Assembly: GCA_040357565.1 (NCBI GenBank)
Contig: JBDODJ010000009.1
Length of the DNA: 64,000 bases
Strand: one strand, 5' to 3'
Source of the DNA: Cercozoa sp. M6MM
Taxonomy: Eukaryota > Protista > Endomyxa: Ascetosporea
The notes beneath the pieces were generated by a model. The model did no database searches and was not told where the DNA came from. It saw only the letters and a list, made by a program, of their open reading frames with translations. Positions 40,316-53,387 of the stretch are shown one piece after another. Made by a program: the position numbers and the translations under genes. The stretch's first letter is position 1; the number at the start of each line of letters is the position of its first letter.

Positions 40316-43300
40316 TGCGCCAGTATCGCCACAGCTACGAGTTCCGGAGCAGGAGCAGGCGCTGTCGCAGCAAGGCTCGCCTGCCGAGGTCGATACGATC
40401 TCGCAGAAACCGGCCGCCGGCGTGCTTGAGCCGCACGACGATCTACCTCAGTCTGTAGCCTACCCCCTTACAGCTGGTGCACGTGTGTGCATGTTTTTGT
40501 CTTGTGCACAGTTATTGTCGCCTCTGATGTTTCCGGCACTGTCGTCGGGAACGGCCGCTGACACCTCGCTAGTGCGAGAGCAGCAGCAGTGCGAGCTGGC
40601 GGTGCCGCCGGCGTCGCTGAAGTCAGCGACGCAAGGCAGCAAGCAGCTCCTCTGCAGCAGCAGCAGTCTCAGCAGTCTGCTCAACTCGAGCGACCTCGAT
40701 CGCAGCGGCGCCCTTCTGTCGCACCGATCGCGCGAACGGCAGGTGCATGAGTTACCGCAACACCTGCCGCAACACGCACAGTCACAACCAACTCTGTCGT
40801 CACCTAGTCAACCCCATCATCTTCATCATTCTCATCCTCAACAGTCTCAACACTCTCAACACTCTCAACAGCAGTCTCACACACAGGCGCACCTGCAGTC
40901 GCAGCCGCAGCCACCACTGGTGCCGCTGCAGTGCGACGACAGCAACAGCAGCAGCGGCAGCAGCATGCAGCAGCAGACGCGCTCGGTGCGTCGACGACAG
41001 GCGAAGCTTCCTTCGGGCAACTTGGTACCGCCTGCATTGGTGTCGTGTCTGGCGTGTTTATCTACCTCTGTACATGTATATACATATACATATGTTTGTG
41101 TGCATGTGTGCTTGTGTGCAATAGGACGTGCCTCGCAGGAGAAAAATTCGCGTGCGCACCTTGCAGTGCGCCGACGGAGCCAGCACGCTGCGGCCGTTGT
41201 CGTCGTCGCACTCGAGTCACGGCGGCGCCACCTTCTTTACGCCGCTGCCTGAGACATCAGACCAGTCGGATGGTAGGCTCGTCTGCCACGTCTGCATGTC
41301 TGTCTCTACCCTCCTCTACATAGGACCCAATGCTTCCTTGGCTGCCGACATAGCTAGCGTGGTACCTTTTTGTGCGGTCCACTGGGGGATCAAACATGCC
41401 TCTCAATGCAGGCGGACACGTCGGTGGCAGCTTTTGCGCACATGCGACTGTGCGAAGACCTGTGCAGCTCGCTCTCGCAGACGTTGCTGTCGGCCAGTGT
41501 CAGCGGCAGCGGCAATGTCTCGGGCTGCGTCTCAGCTCGGCCTCTGGTACTCTCCCTTTGCTTTATCCTTTCTCCTACAGCTGCATTTTTCTTGAGACAG
41601 GACCCGGACAATATCATTTCGCAAGTGAAACCAGGCGAACTGGCCCGACGGAGCACCTCGGTACCGCAGCTACCGGCGTCGCAGATGCCTTGGTAGCCTC
41701 TCACTCTCGAGGCAGAAGAGGTTTCTCACTTTCTTAAACGCGTGTAATGCAGGCCGGATTTGGAGACGCGCGCGCGCTACCTGGTCGAACCCACGGCCGA
41801 GCGGTCGCTGCTGGAGACGGATGCAGAGGTTACGCGTGTGCAGGACTTGCTGGGTGCCTGGCGCGAGAATGCCATCACGTACATCTCGGGTACCTGCATA
41901 TGACCACTGTTGAGGCTATGTTGGTGTACTAGTGTACGTGTACATGTTGATGTAGACGTAGTACTGCCGCGGCTGCTACTGCCGGAAGAAGACGAAACGC
42001 GTTTGCGCAAACGCACGGGCTTCGACAGCGTAATTGTGCTGGACTGCCGGTTCAACTTTGAGTACCTCGGCGGGCACATTCGGAGTGCGCTGAACTTGAC
42101 GTCGCCGCTGCAGGTGGAGAACCTCTTGTTCTCGCAGCTCTCGGTCGACGGCAGTGGGGTGCTCGACACGCCGCTGGTGGACCGGTGTGGTGGACCGACG
42201 CGCACGTGCGTCGTGCTGCACTGTGAGTTTTCGAGCGAGAGAGCGCCCGAGATGTGGCGCTTTGTGCGACGTGTTGATCGCGCGCTCAACCAGCACTACG
42301 CCGCTGTTAAGTAGCTCTGTCCTCTCCCTTTGTATGCCCAACGATATCATGTATGTGTGTCTGTTACAGAGGCAACTCACGGTCACCCGAGGAGAGTCTG
42401 TGCTACCCGCACCTGTACGTGCTGCGCGGCGGCTATGCTCAGTTCCAGCGACGTCACCTAATGCGCTACCCGGCACTATTTGTGCGTCACGATGTCGACC
42501 CGCATCCGGTGCTATTTGGCACACGTTCGGCCGAGCAGTACGCCGACGTGCCTCTGCCGCATGGTATCTCGCTCGACTAGAAAGCCAAATGACTGTATGT
42601 TTGTGTACACGTGTGTATATGTGTGTGCAGCATCATCGATACAGCGCGTCGGCTGCTCACAGCTTGTGCACGAGATGTGCGTCCTGCGACACATACTCCA
42701 ACAGACGTAGCATAGCCCTTGATTGGCGTCATGCCATGCACAGACGTGTTGCATCTCTTGTGTGCAGTGAGGAGGACGCGCCACTGGAAGAAAATCCCGA
42801 CGCGCAGAATTTCAACGAGGACGATCAGGCGCTCGATGAGCTCGTTCAGCGTGGTACCTATGTGCTGTGGTGTTTATGTGGCTAAGCATGTTGGTGTGCC
42901 CAAATGCAGGCGCCATTCGGGTGCTGCAGCGACTCGATTTGACGCGACTCGTGGACGCCATCAATCTGGAGGAGAACCACCTCGAGGGCGAGACGCGTGT
43001 CGATCACCAGATACTCCTGAATGCCGAGTGTGGCCTTGAGTACATGTGCGAACTGACTGATGTTTGCGTCATTGGTGCCGTGCTGCTTGCGCAGGTACCG
43101 TTGTGTATATGCTCATGTATTTCGATATAGATTTATGGTATGTATCTGACTGTGCTCACGACAGGCACGTCGGTCGCGTGTGTCGCCGGTACTCTTGTAC
43201 CGTGGCGTGCGACGACGCGCCATGTACCGCACCATGTTCGACACGCGCTTCCAGCAGACCAACGTACCGTGTTCCCCTGTGTCCTTTTCTGTGTTGCAGT

Positions 43301-43842
43301 CACAAAACACGTCCGTGTCTGTGTCGCAGGCTATGAAGGCCGAGTTAAAGGCGCAGCACAACTGGCTCAAGCAGAGTGGTTTGCCCTGTGTCAACTGGAG
43401 CGACTCGGACGAGAATACACAGCCCAATGCCAATGCAAACAACAACAACAACAACAACAACAACGACGGCTGCGGTGGAAACACGAAGATTCTCGGCAGC
43501 ATGAGGACGGAAAAGTACGTGTTTGCTGATGATCTCGATCTCAGCGAGCAGAACATCTCGCTGCCTTCAGTTTCGGTGCTCTCTCTTGCCACTGCCGAAC
43601 CCAGTAAGTGACATGCTCTCTTACCATTCCGTTGCCTGTGCAGCAAGAGGAGAACTCACTGTGTGAGGAGCGTCCGGAATTGCTGATCGCAACGCGCTCA
43701 ATGCCTGTCCTGCCAAGCAGCACACAGGGTAGTCTCTCTCCTGTCGGATTAACAACGTATTCTTCTAATCCCGGTGGCTGCAGGCGAACGAGTACGAACA
43801 GCGGCCCACTCGGCCGTTCCGCTCGACGACTCGATCTTCTAA
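38717..43842 (+). CDS. CDC25: Cdc25 (M-phase inducer) phosphatase with long N-terminal regulatory region
   Basis: VLDCRFNFEYLGGHIRSALN; active site HCEFSSERAP; DRALN; YPHLYVLRGGY; Ser/Gln-rich N-terminus. Exact start and last exons tentative. Confidence 0.9.
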
Positions 43843-44286
43843 TTGCCAGTGTTTGTCTGTCGTGGAGTCCGCACACGAACTCCGCATGCTTCTATCGCTG
43901 TCTTCACTCACGTTGCGATGACGATCCACTGGTCTCGACCTACGACGACCAACACAGATCGTATCGTTCGCACCCGACCATAACTAAGCACCAATCTGTC
44001 TGTCTTCCCATTTCGATAGCGTTTAGAAGCACTAAGTGGTCAACGTTGCTCACAGCGAGATGTTTTTCGATATGCGGTGCATGTGTACGAAACTAAAGGC
44101 AGATGTTTTCAAAGCGTTTTCATGTCAGAAAGCCAACGCAATATTACGCTACGGTACTAGATCTTCAAGTTCAGTTTGAAAATGGGTGTAACGAAGGAAG
44201 AAAACTGAGCGCCCATGATCATAAAATTAAAACCGGAAAAGTGTCATTCGCTAAGGTGTGGGTGTGTGTGTGATAGTGCTTCGACT

Positions 44287-44533
44287 ATGTCCAGCTTTCT
44301 CCAGGGTGTCCTTGGCTCGGACAGTGACAGCAGCGACGATGAGCAGGTCCAACAGCAAGGTACAAATCCTCCCGAGTGCGTGTTTCGTTCCTCTGTGTAT
44401 TTTTCGATATGCGGTGCATGTCTAGAATCACACCGAAAGACACCGAAGGAGCACGAGAACGTAGGTGACTATGACGAGGAGGATGAGGTACCAACCGTCA
44501 TGCCGTGTTTTGGTCACTTTTATGTGTGTATGT

Positions 44534-44585
<52 letters not shown>

Positions 44586-44595
44586 NNNNNNNNNN

Positions 44596-44671
<76 letters not shown>

Positions 44672-45866
44672 AGGAGGGAGCTCGTGTAGGCGTTGTTGCA
44701 GGCGGACGAGGTACAGCACATTGTGTCACTGTACCGTACAAGTTGTATGTCTGATTGTACCGTACAGTGGCTGTGGCGACTCGCAAACGGCCGTGTCTCA
44801 AGTGCGGCGAGGTCGGTCACTCGTTGCGCAACTGCATCTACACGATGGGTACCCCCCCCCCCCCCCGCGTCTTCTCTTTATGTGCACTGTACTATCAACA
44901 CTGCAGGCGACATGGACGCCAAGGCACGACAACTGGCATCCATCACCGGCTCCAGTGGTGACGTCTGGACGTACCCTGTCTCTCGTGCACCTGTGTGTCT
45001 GAATATCTATCCGCCGTGCGTGCATGGGTGTTGCAGGTGCAAGAAGTGCAGCAAGAGCAACCCCGTGTGGCGACAGGTATTGCCTTGCTCCTTGTGTGTG
45101 TGTGTATGTATGTATGTGTGTGTGTTGTCGGGATCTGTGTGTATGTATGTGTGTGCAACATGCAGAACTGCGACTACTGCGCCGCACGACGACCGACGTC
45201 GACTGGAGCGACTGCACCTGCCCGTATCACTCCACTGACCCTTTACCTCCTTCTGTAAAATCCTGTCCCCTATACCCCTACCCCCTCCGTTATCAGGCAG
45301 GGATGAGGAGTCGCAGAAGGAGAAGGGCGCCGTGGTGGAGCTGCGTCGCGTGGACCGACGTGCCACCAAGCGTGAGATCGCCGACGTGTGCATCCGGGCT
45401 GGTGATGTCGGTACTGTCTTCTGCTCCGACATCTATTGCTATACGTATATTTCCTTGTTTTGTTCCTGCGTGTGTTTTTGTTTGAATCGTCATTCATTCT
45501 TTGTAGGTTGTATTTATTCATTCGTTTGTGACTCTGCGCAGTGAGGGATCGCGTGACTGACAAGCCGCGAGTCAAGATCTCGCAGGACGATGATGAGGTA
45601 CTGCTACGCCTTGTGTTGCTCCCTCTGTGTTGTCTGTGTGCCGATTTCCATGAGCTTGGCGTTCTTTTGTAGGGACAAGTGGTGCTTGTGACCTACATCG
45701 ACACCGAGGTACATCCTTGTGCTTGCTTGCCCAACTGATTGGTATCAAAGGCACGCTCTGTGTGTGTGCAGATGGCCAACCGCGCCGTGCGAAAGCTCAA
45801 AACGACGCGTCTCGGCGGACACTCCTTCTCTGTGTCGGTACTTGCGTCTCTTGCCTCTGATACACA

Positions 45867-45915
<49 letters not shown>

Positions 45916-45925
45916 NNNNNNNNNN

Positions 45926-45979
<54 letters not shown>

Positions 45980-45999
45980 TGTGTGTGTGGTGTGTGTGT

Positions 46000-46034
<35 letters not shown>

Positions 46035-46196
46035 TTGCATATTGCGCTGTAGCTGCAGTTGCAGAAGAAGGACGACGCCGGCACCGCCAGCTCGGCCAGT
46101 GTCAGCGCAAGTGAGACTGAGAAGAGAGTCAACGAATCTTACACTGCGACTGAGACCACTTCGAGCAGTGCCAGCGTCGCCGAGGACCCATGGTGA
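44287..46196 (+). CDS. RNA-binding protein: CCHC knuckle + RanBP2-type zinc finger + RRM
   Basis: CLKCGEVGHSLRNC; spliced WTCKKCSKSNPVWRQNCDYC; RRM VVELRRV...VLVTYIDTEMANRAVRKL...LGGHSFSV. Confidence 0.8.
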
Positions 46197-46689
46197 GGCG
46201 AACTAACGTGATCAATTTGATCGTGGAATACCGACCAATCTTCTCGAGCGGAACTTTCATAATCTCATCACCTGCTTAGTGTTGTGAGACTGTAAAGGTA
46301 CTGCACAAAGACCGTGACGAATGGGAGCTAGCACACCGCACACTGTGCTGATTGTTCGGACTGGTTGATGGAACAAGAATGATCCAGTGCCCCCCCCCCC
46401 CCAACGGAAGGCTATTGGGTGAGTACAATGCAGACACCACTGGACTCAACAACTCTGATCGATCAACGAAACGTACAGTGCAGTACTGTCCCCAGACGAC
46501 GGACGACAGGCTAAGTGCCGTGAATTTGCTGCCAGCACGACACACACGTGTTGACGCTGCTCAAAGGTAGGCGAGTCCGTACTCGCGGTGCTGGGGTGGC
46601 GGTCGCCACATCATTTTTCTGAGTTCTTGATGAAACGCCCGTTTGCGTTCTTTGCCTGTATTCTGCCGAGTTTGGTTTCACAGGATTGA

Positions 46690-46776
46690 AATGGAGTCGA
46701 GGATCTTGTGTGGCTCCTTGCACGTCTGCCGGGCTAATCGCAGTCGAGGGGTATCCTCTTCACAAGCCATACGCGC

Positions 46777-46858
<82 letters not shown>

Positions 46859-48813
46859 GTACCTCTGATATCTCTGTGTTGCAGCGGCGCCGACGGCAGT
46901 TCGTTCTGACGTCAGAAAGGTGAATTTTCCCGTAACGGGTATGTGTGCCTTTAAAGAGACCTGTGCACTGCAGTCTCAAAGTGTACAATACAAACGACAA
47001 CGTCGCTAAAGTAGCCTCCCTTGCTGTGCCACGTGTCAGTGTATCAATGCACACTTGTGAAACTCACAGAAGCAGCCGCGCGCATGTGTGCCCCTCGAAC
47101 AACTTGAAGGTGTTCGTGGACCCGCCAAGGAGTACTTCCAGGTACTCTGCTACACACAATGAGTGCAGTCGACACAGTACGCCCTTGCCTAGGTGTTTGT
47201 TTTGCCGACTGCGCCAAAGAACGAATTGTTTGGAACTGAGGTGCACTCGCTTTTTGTTCTCCCAAAACAAACAACACTCAGCTTCCTGCGTGTGCAGAAA
47301 GTTGTGCTTCTCTGTGCGAAAGACGAGGAGTCTGCACAAGCGTGGGTGCACCAGTTGAAGCTCGCCATTCGAGGTGTCTAATTGCCAGTCTCCGTATGCG
47401 TGTATTTGTGTGCTTGTATCTTGCTTTTATGTGCTTGTGTCAGGTGTCAAGTCAAGAAACGGCGGTGGTAGTGTCGACAGCGTCAGTACGACCAGGACCA
47501 GCGTCCGCGAGGACAGTGCCACTACGAGCGACAGCACTGGCAACTGTGAAAGCGAGCTGCTTGACGAGATCGGCTCTCTTCTCGAACGCTGTCGCGTACT
47601 GCTGCTCTATGATCTCTGTGTTTTGTTATGACCTTTATCTGCTCCTTTGTAGTGGCCCAGAGGAGCTACGCAGCACTTCTTGAAACAGCGACTTGGCAAC
47701 AACCTGCGAGGTAGTATATGACTGCTTCCATTTACTTCTCCGTTTAACATGTCTGGCAGGCGTATTGTTCGTGTTGTCACTGCTGTCGTACGCTCGGTCT
47801 GAGGTACCGTGTCACAGCTTTGTGTATGTCAGTTTCGGTCCTTGTTGAAGTTTTCTCGGTCGGACAGGGCCAGGATCTACCTGCGATGCTGATTCGTCTG
47901 CTGACCACTGACCACACTGCTGATATCACAACAACTAGCACCGATGACGTCGCAGCTGGCAGCGGCACCGGCGGATTTTTGTCGCACGTGCGTGCACTCG
48001 ACAAGGCGCTGCTGCTAGACGCGGTGCATCGCCACTCGCCTGCGTACCTTCTTCCCTGCTGGCCTGCTTACCTGTGTGTGTGTGCGTTGTCATGTGCCTG
48101 TGATTTTGCACAGACTGCGAACGGCACTCACTGAGATCCTGAGTGCCGAACCTGTTGGCACGAATGACCTGTATCACACGTGCTGCTTTCCCTGTGTCCT
48201 TGAGTATTAGTGTTGTACCTGTTACTTGCAGCAACGACATTGACAAGGTCGAGTGCATCACCACTGTTCCAGTGTATGTTTACTTGTATTGTGGGGTCAG
48301 ATATACTTGATGTTCACACAGATCATTGTTACTCCGAAACGTCACACTCAAGCTCTTGTGTCTTCTTGGTGTGAACTCTCTTACTGCTGCTCGGGCTCTG
48401 TTGCTCACCTGTATGTGTTGTCTATCTCTGAAGGCGAAGACATGGAGCGCATCGCGATGCAGTTCTGCGCTGCCGAGAAAATGGATGTCGCTGCCGCCGA
48501 TGCACTGCTCGCGTGTCTGATTCAAGAAACACCGTGGCTGCAGCGTGACGTGCTGGCTAACAGTCAGTTTACCCTGCTTGTGCGGCGTCCGGTAGGCATT
48601 GGCTTTTTACATGCTCAAGGTGTCTGGGATATTTAAAGGTGTGCCGGTAGGAAATGTGGCGCGCGCACTTGCTCGCCCTGGCGGGCAGCAATTTCATCCT
48701 GCGTGCTATTGCACTCCGCGAGATCAATTCGCTGCTCCTGCACGTAGCTTGCACTTTTTATTGTTTGATTATATTTAACATTGATTCATTTTGCTGCTTG
48801 TGTGTGTATGTGC

Positions 48814-48889
<76 letters not shown>

Positions 48890-50838
48890 CATGGAAGTAA
48901 CTGCGACTCACTCTTGTCGCTGAATCAGTGGGTCCTCCTGTTTGTGTCTGTTGGGTTGTGTCATGATTTTTAATGTCTGCTGTGGTTTGTTGTGACAGGT
49001 GGCAGCGCGTGGTGCTGCCGCTGCTGCTGGACGTGCCGTTGCTTGAGTCGAATCGCTCGGCGGCGCAGCAGAAAGTGTTCCAGTACACGCTCAACATCTT
49101 CACTCTCCTGCTGTCGCACCGGTACGTCTAGTATCTGACCCTGTGTCCACTGGGGGTCTCACTTTCTGCATGGCCCACTCTCGCAGGTGTCTGAGTCGCC
49201 GTGCGACCTTGGGTCATGACGTGTCGCTCACACTTGGCGTGGTGGCGGCCATTGCACCTCCGTGTGCCTCGACTGGTACCTCTTGTGTTAGTGTACCCCT
49301 CTCCCCTGACAGTCAGTATGTGCGATGTGACAGTGATGTTGTGCTGCTCGATCCTGCGCTCGTTATTCTCCAAGTTGCGTGGTGTGTCGAGTCACTCGCA
49401 CTTCCCCTACATCGAACAGGTGAACCCGTCGTCTCCTCGTGTTGCCCTGCATGTTACCAAATAAGACAATGTGAGTGTGTAGAACGAAGTGCCGTGGAAC
49501 AACCTGCGAGGACTCCTGCTTGTCACTGAGGTATGCCCTTTTCCTGTCCATCTGTCCCTGTTCACCTGTCCCTGTCCATCTGTCCCTGTCTATCTGGACC
49601 ACCCATATACGTAGGCCTTCATTTTCCGAGCACCTTCCTGGCTGCGACCCACGTTGACCGACACCAAGAGTACCGACATGGTACTGCAGACGAAACTGAC
49701 GGCCCAGCAGGTACTGTCCTGTCCTGTCCTGTCCTGTACCTGTGTGTACTTGTGTGGCTACACCTAAGGTCCTGTTTTGTGTAGATTGCTCAAGTGGCGC
49801 CTGTCGCTTTGTTGGCTGCCTCATCGCTGTCGTCAGTGTACCTGTTCTCTTGGTTGGTTGGGAGGTTGGATGTGATGCTTGTGCATATATCTTTATATGT
49901 GTGTATCCTGAGTATACCCACAGGAACTCGAACGAGCCGCCCGAGAACAATGACGATGACGTGGGACTGCGGCCAATGTGCGGCGAGGCCTATCCGGAGC
50001 AGGAGGTGGCGCATCAGGCGGCGTCCTTGCTGGAAGACATGGGCCTCGCGCCCGGCAAGCTGCAGGACTCGCTCGCCTCGCAGCCCGGCATGGACAGCCG
50101 ACACTGCCGCGCCTTGCTGCGTTTCTCCGAGAGCGCCGTTTTCTTCCGGTAGGATGTCCTCTGCTGCTGCTGCTGCTTGTGTGTGTGTGTGTGTGTGTGT
50201 GTGTTTGTGTGTTTGTGTGTGTGTGTGTGTGTTGTACCCTGACATTGCCTGGTGATGTTCGTGTCTGCAGGGACGCAGAGCTTTTCCTCATGACGGCCGC
50301 GCACTACCGCAACAGCATGGCGCAGGGCGATGCCTTTGAGGTCGTGCTGCGCAGGGTGACGCAAAAGTTTTTGCTTGCTGTGCCTCAGGAGCGTCGCAAG
50401 GTGGCCTTCCTTTCCCTTCTTCTTTGTCACGATCTATTCTTTGACCATATGTGTGGTACCATATGTGTTACAGGCTTTTGCGGAGGAGAACTTCCGTCAG
50501 AGTCACACGCCGCGCAAGGACCGCTTCAAGGGCACCATGGTACCTCGGCCTCCATGTGCATGTCAGGGGCAGGTACCCTTTTTTGTCGCTGCAGAAGCGT
50601 TTGCGGCGGCGTGGTGGACGCCGTGTGCCGGCGATTCCTTCCTGGGCTCTTGGCGAAGACTCGCCTCGCCGACGCCTCTCCATTTTCCGGTATGCCCACC
50701 CAAGATGCCCAATACTTTCTCTGTGCCTTGGTGCCTCTCTGTATGGGTTGTGCTCTCGGTTCGAACAGTTCGTCTCCGTCCAGTCCGAGTCCGTTGGCGT
50801 CGCCTCTGCCGAACAAAGCGCGTGGTGAGCAAGAGTAG
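46690..50838 (+). CDS. PH-domain protein with large helical C-terminal region
   Basis: RRRQFVLT...LKVY and LCAKDEESAQAWVHQLKLAI (PH C-terminal helix); many GT-AG-bounded exons; TAG stop. Confidence 0.65.
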
Positions 50839-51772
50839 TCACGCGGAAGTTGTGTTCCACCTCGACTTTTGCCAACGTCATCCATGTGATGCGATGGTCG
50901 GTGGGCAGCGCTACGCTAGTAAAGCAAAGTAAGCGGAGCGACGGTGCGCTGGTGTACCGTACGGTACGCATGTTGTTGTAAAATATAAATGATTGTCGTG
51001 GACGGTCGGGTATACGTACGGTACCCTCAAGAAACAACACAATATCTAGTTAAACAGTTAGTTTTCTATTTACGTTAACTGTCGTTCGTCTCGTCGTCAC
51101 GCGTAAAATACTTCGGTCGTGCCGGCGGTGAGGTCGGAGAACTACGTCACGACGTCAGATGGTCGCGCGCAGTCGGCGTCGTCGCACGAGGCGAGTCGGG
51201 GGCGGTGCGCGACTCTGTCGTAAACTCGGTGCAGCAACGATAGATAATATTCCGACGTGATGCATGGGACCATCATACATAGTACTGTACGTGGCCGTCG
51301 CGTCACCCGTAATCGAATTTTGCTACTGTACCCTACCGTAGGCGAGCCGTGAGGTACGTAAGTTTACAGTAAGCCAGCGTGAGTGAAGCCGATTGTGTTG
51401 GTACAGTACGGTACAGTACCTGACGCGGCGCCACGCGTACAACTGGTTCGCGGTCGCGTACCGTACAGTGCACAAACCCTGAACGGGGTTTGTCCCGGAT
51501 TGACGGGGCGTTTCTTCCGTCTTATCCTGGGGAAAATCCATATCGTCAAAAAGTTAAAAAAACCCAGGGGGTCCAGTAACTACCTAAACATACCAGACAC
51601 CAAAGGCAAAACTTAGGAAAGCCCACAACGCCTAACGGTTGGATTTTTCAAAAACGCCCCTGAACGAAACTAACTACCCACTAATTATAACCCGGGAACC
51701 TGCACCGCACCAACCATGACGGTTCTCCTTGAAACCAAATTCGAACTCAGATCAACAGACTTGAGCATGAGT

Positions 51773-53012
51773 TTAGGGACAGTCAGAAGTAGGTGTTGTC
51801 CCACTGCGAGTCGTAAAGAGACGCCCAGGGATCCTTGGCTGCGTCTCCTTGCTGAGTTGTACCTGCGCTACCCGCCGTACCCGCCCCGCTTGACGCGCCC
51901 GCCGCGCCTGCACCCTGACCACCTGCCGCCTGCTGCTGCCAGTCGCGCTACGAGGGCCACATCGATGCAAGTGCCAGTATCGATCCCAAACAAACAAGGC
52001 ACCTTGTGGCTGTTGACCCAGTCGGTGGCTTCTTGCTGCTGCTGCCGCTCCCACTCGTGCCAGCGAGTGTCAACATCCTAGATAGAGTGTCCGTGGTGGG
52101 AGCGATACAGTATCTCTGACGGACAGAAAAGTCAGTACCTGGTCGCGGAAGTGCTGCTTCTGCATGTCCTGCCGGAGCTTGTCGGCCATGTCCTGGTTGC
52201 CCATGACACGAGCTTGTTTCTCACGCTCCAGCATGTGCAGTGATTCCTGAGGTGTAAAGAGTGGCACAGATGCACAACGGCAAGATACGACATTGCTGAA
52301 CTAGATGCCGATACCTGGCAGAAACGTAGCTCCTGCTGGCACGACAGTGTATCGCGGTAGTGACCCTGCGCCTGCGCGACAAGCTCCTCGGCGCGCGACT
52401 GCTCAAGTCGAAGCGACTCCTGGGCGATGCCTAGTTCTGCATCGCGACGTTGAGTCTCCTTGACGGCCTCCTCGTGCTGCTTGCGCAGCGTGCTCAGCTC
52501 TTCGGTGCGCGAGGTGTCACTCTGCACGCAGCACAAGCCAGATGGAGAGGCCTTCCACTGGATATTGAGTAGAGAAAAAGCACTTGTCGGGCGGCAGCGC
52601 GTTCGCGCGACAATGTGCGGTCAAACACGCTCTGCTTCTCTTGCAAGCGACGGTCGAACTCATCGCGCAGTGCCCGCTCGCGCTTCTGGATGCGCTGCTC
52701 CAACTCACTGATTGTGTACACCGGCGTCGTCTCTGGGGTGGCACTCAAGCTGGAGGACGACGAGAACGTGCCGACTAGTGCACTCAAACCGTACACAACG
52801 AGCCATAACGCTAATATGGCACCGCACACGAGACCTCCAATGCGCAGATACTTCTTCCTGGTTAGACGATCACCGCATACCACTGCTGTAATAAACTGGA
52901 CAGGCAAGGGCTACCACTTCGCCTTCCTGCCGTGTCTGTCCCGAGATATTGGCACTGAGGTGCTGCTGCCAAATCCTGGCAGTGTGCTTTCGCCGCCACG
53001 GGCACGCAACAT
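51773..53012 (-). CDS. Type II membrane coiled-coil protein
   Basis: Basic N-terminal tail, one TM segment (IGGLVCGAILALWLVVYGLSALV), then E/Q/R-rich heptad exons. Confidence 0.7.
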
Positions 53013-53387
53013 TGTGTGATTCTCAAGAACCTTTGGATGATGCTCAAGACGACTGTCGTCTCAAAAAATGACGTCAGCCTGCTATGAAGTGCCAGTGGAC
53101 AGTATGGGGAGTGCCGTGTGAGCCCAACAGTGTTGAGCACAGCTCTGCTCCACCGGGGGTCGTGTGGAGTTTCACGACGCTTCGCGTGTAGAACGAAGGT
53201 GGCATGACACCCGCGCTCGGAGATTCGCAATATAAAACTGTCAGTTATCAATGACAAAAAGGCATCAGGCGCGCGACATCGCGTCGTGTTCTAGCGCGGT
53301 ACCACATCTTGTTTCCACTAGTTCTGCTAGTAAACTGAATTTAATCTCAGTCAGTTGGCTTAGTGAGTCTTCAAGTTTAACTTCAGT

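Noticed and set aside
46690-50838. RasGAP or neurobeachin assignment for the PH protein
   Set aside because: Only vague resemblance; diagnostic motifs were not found.
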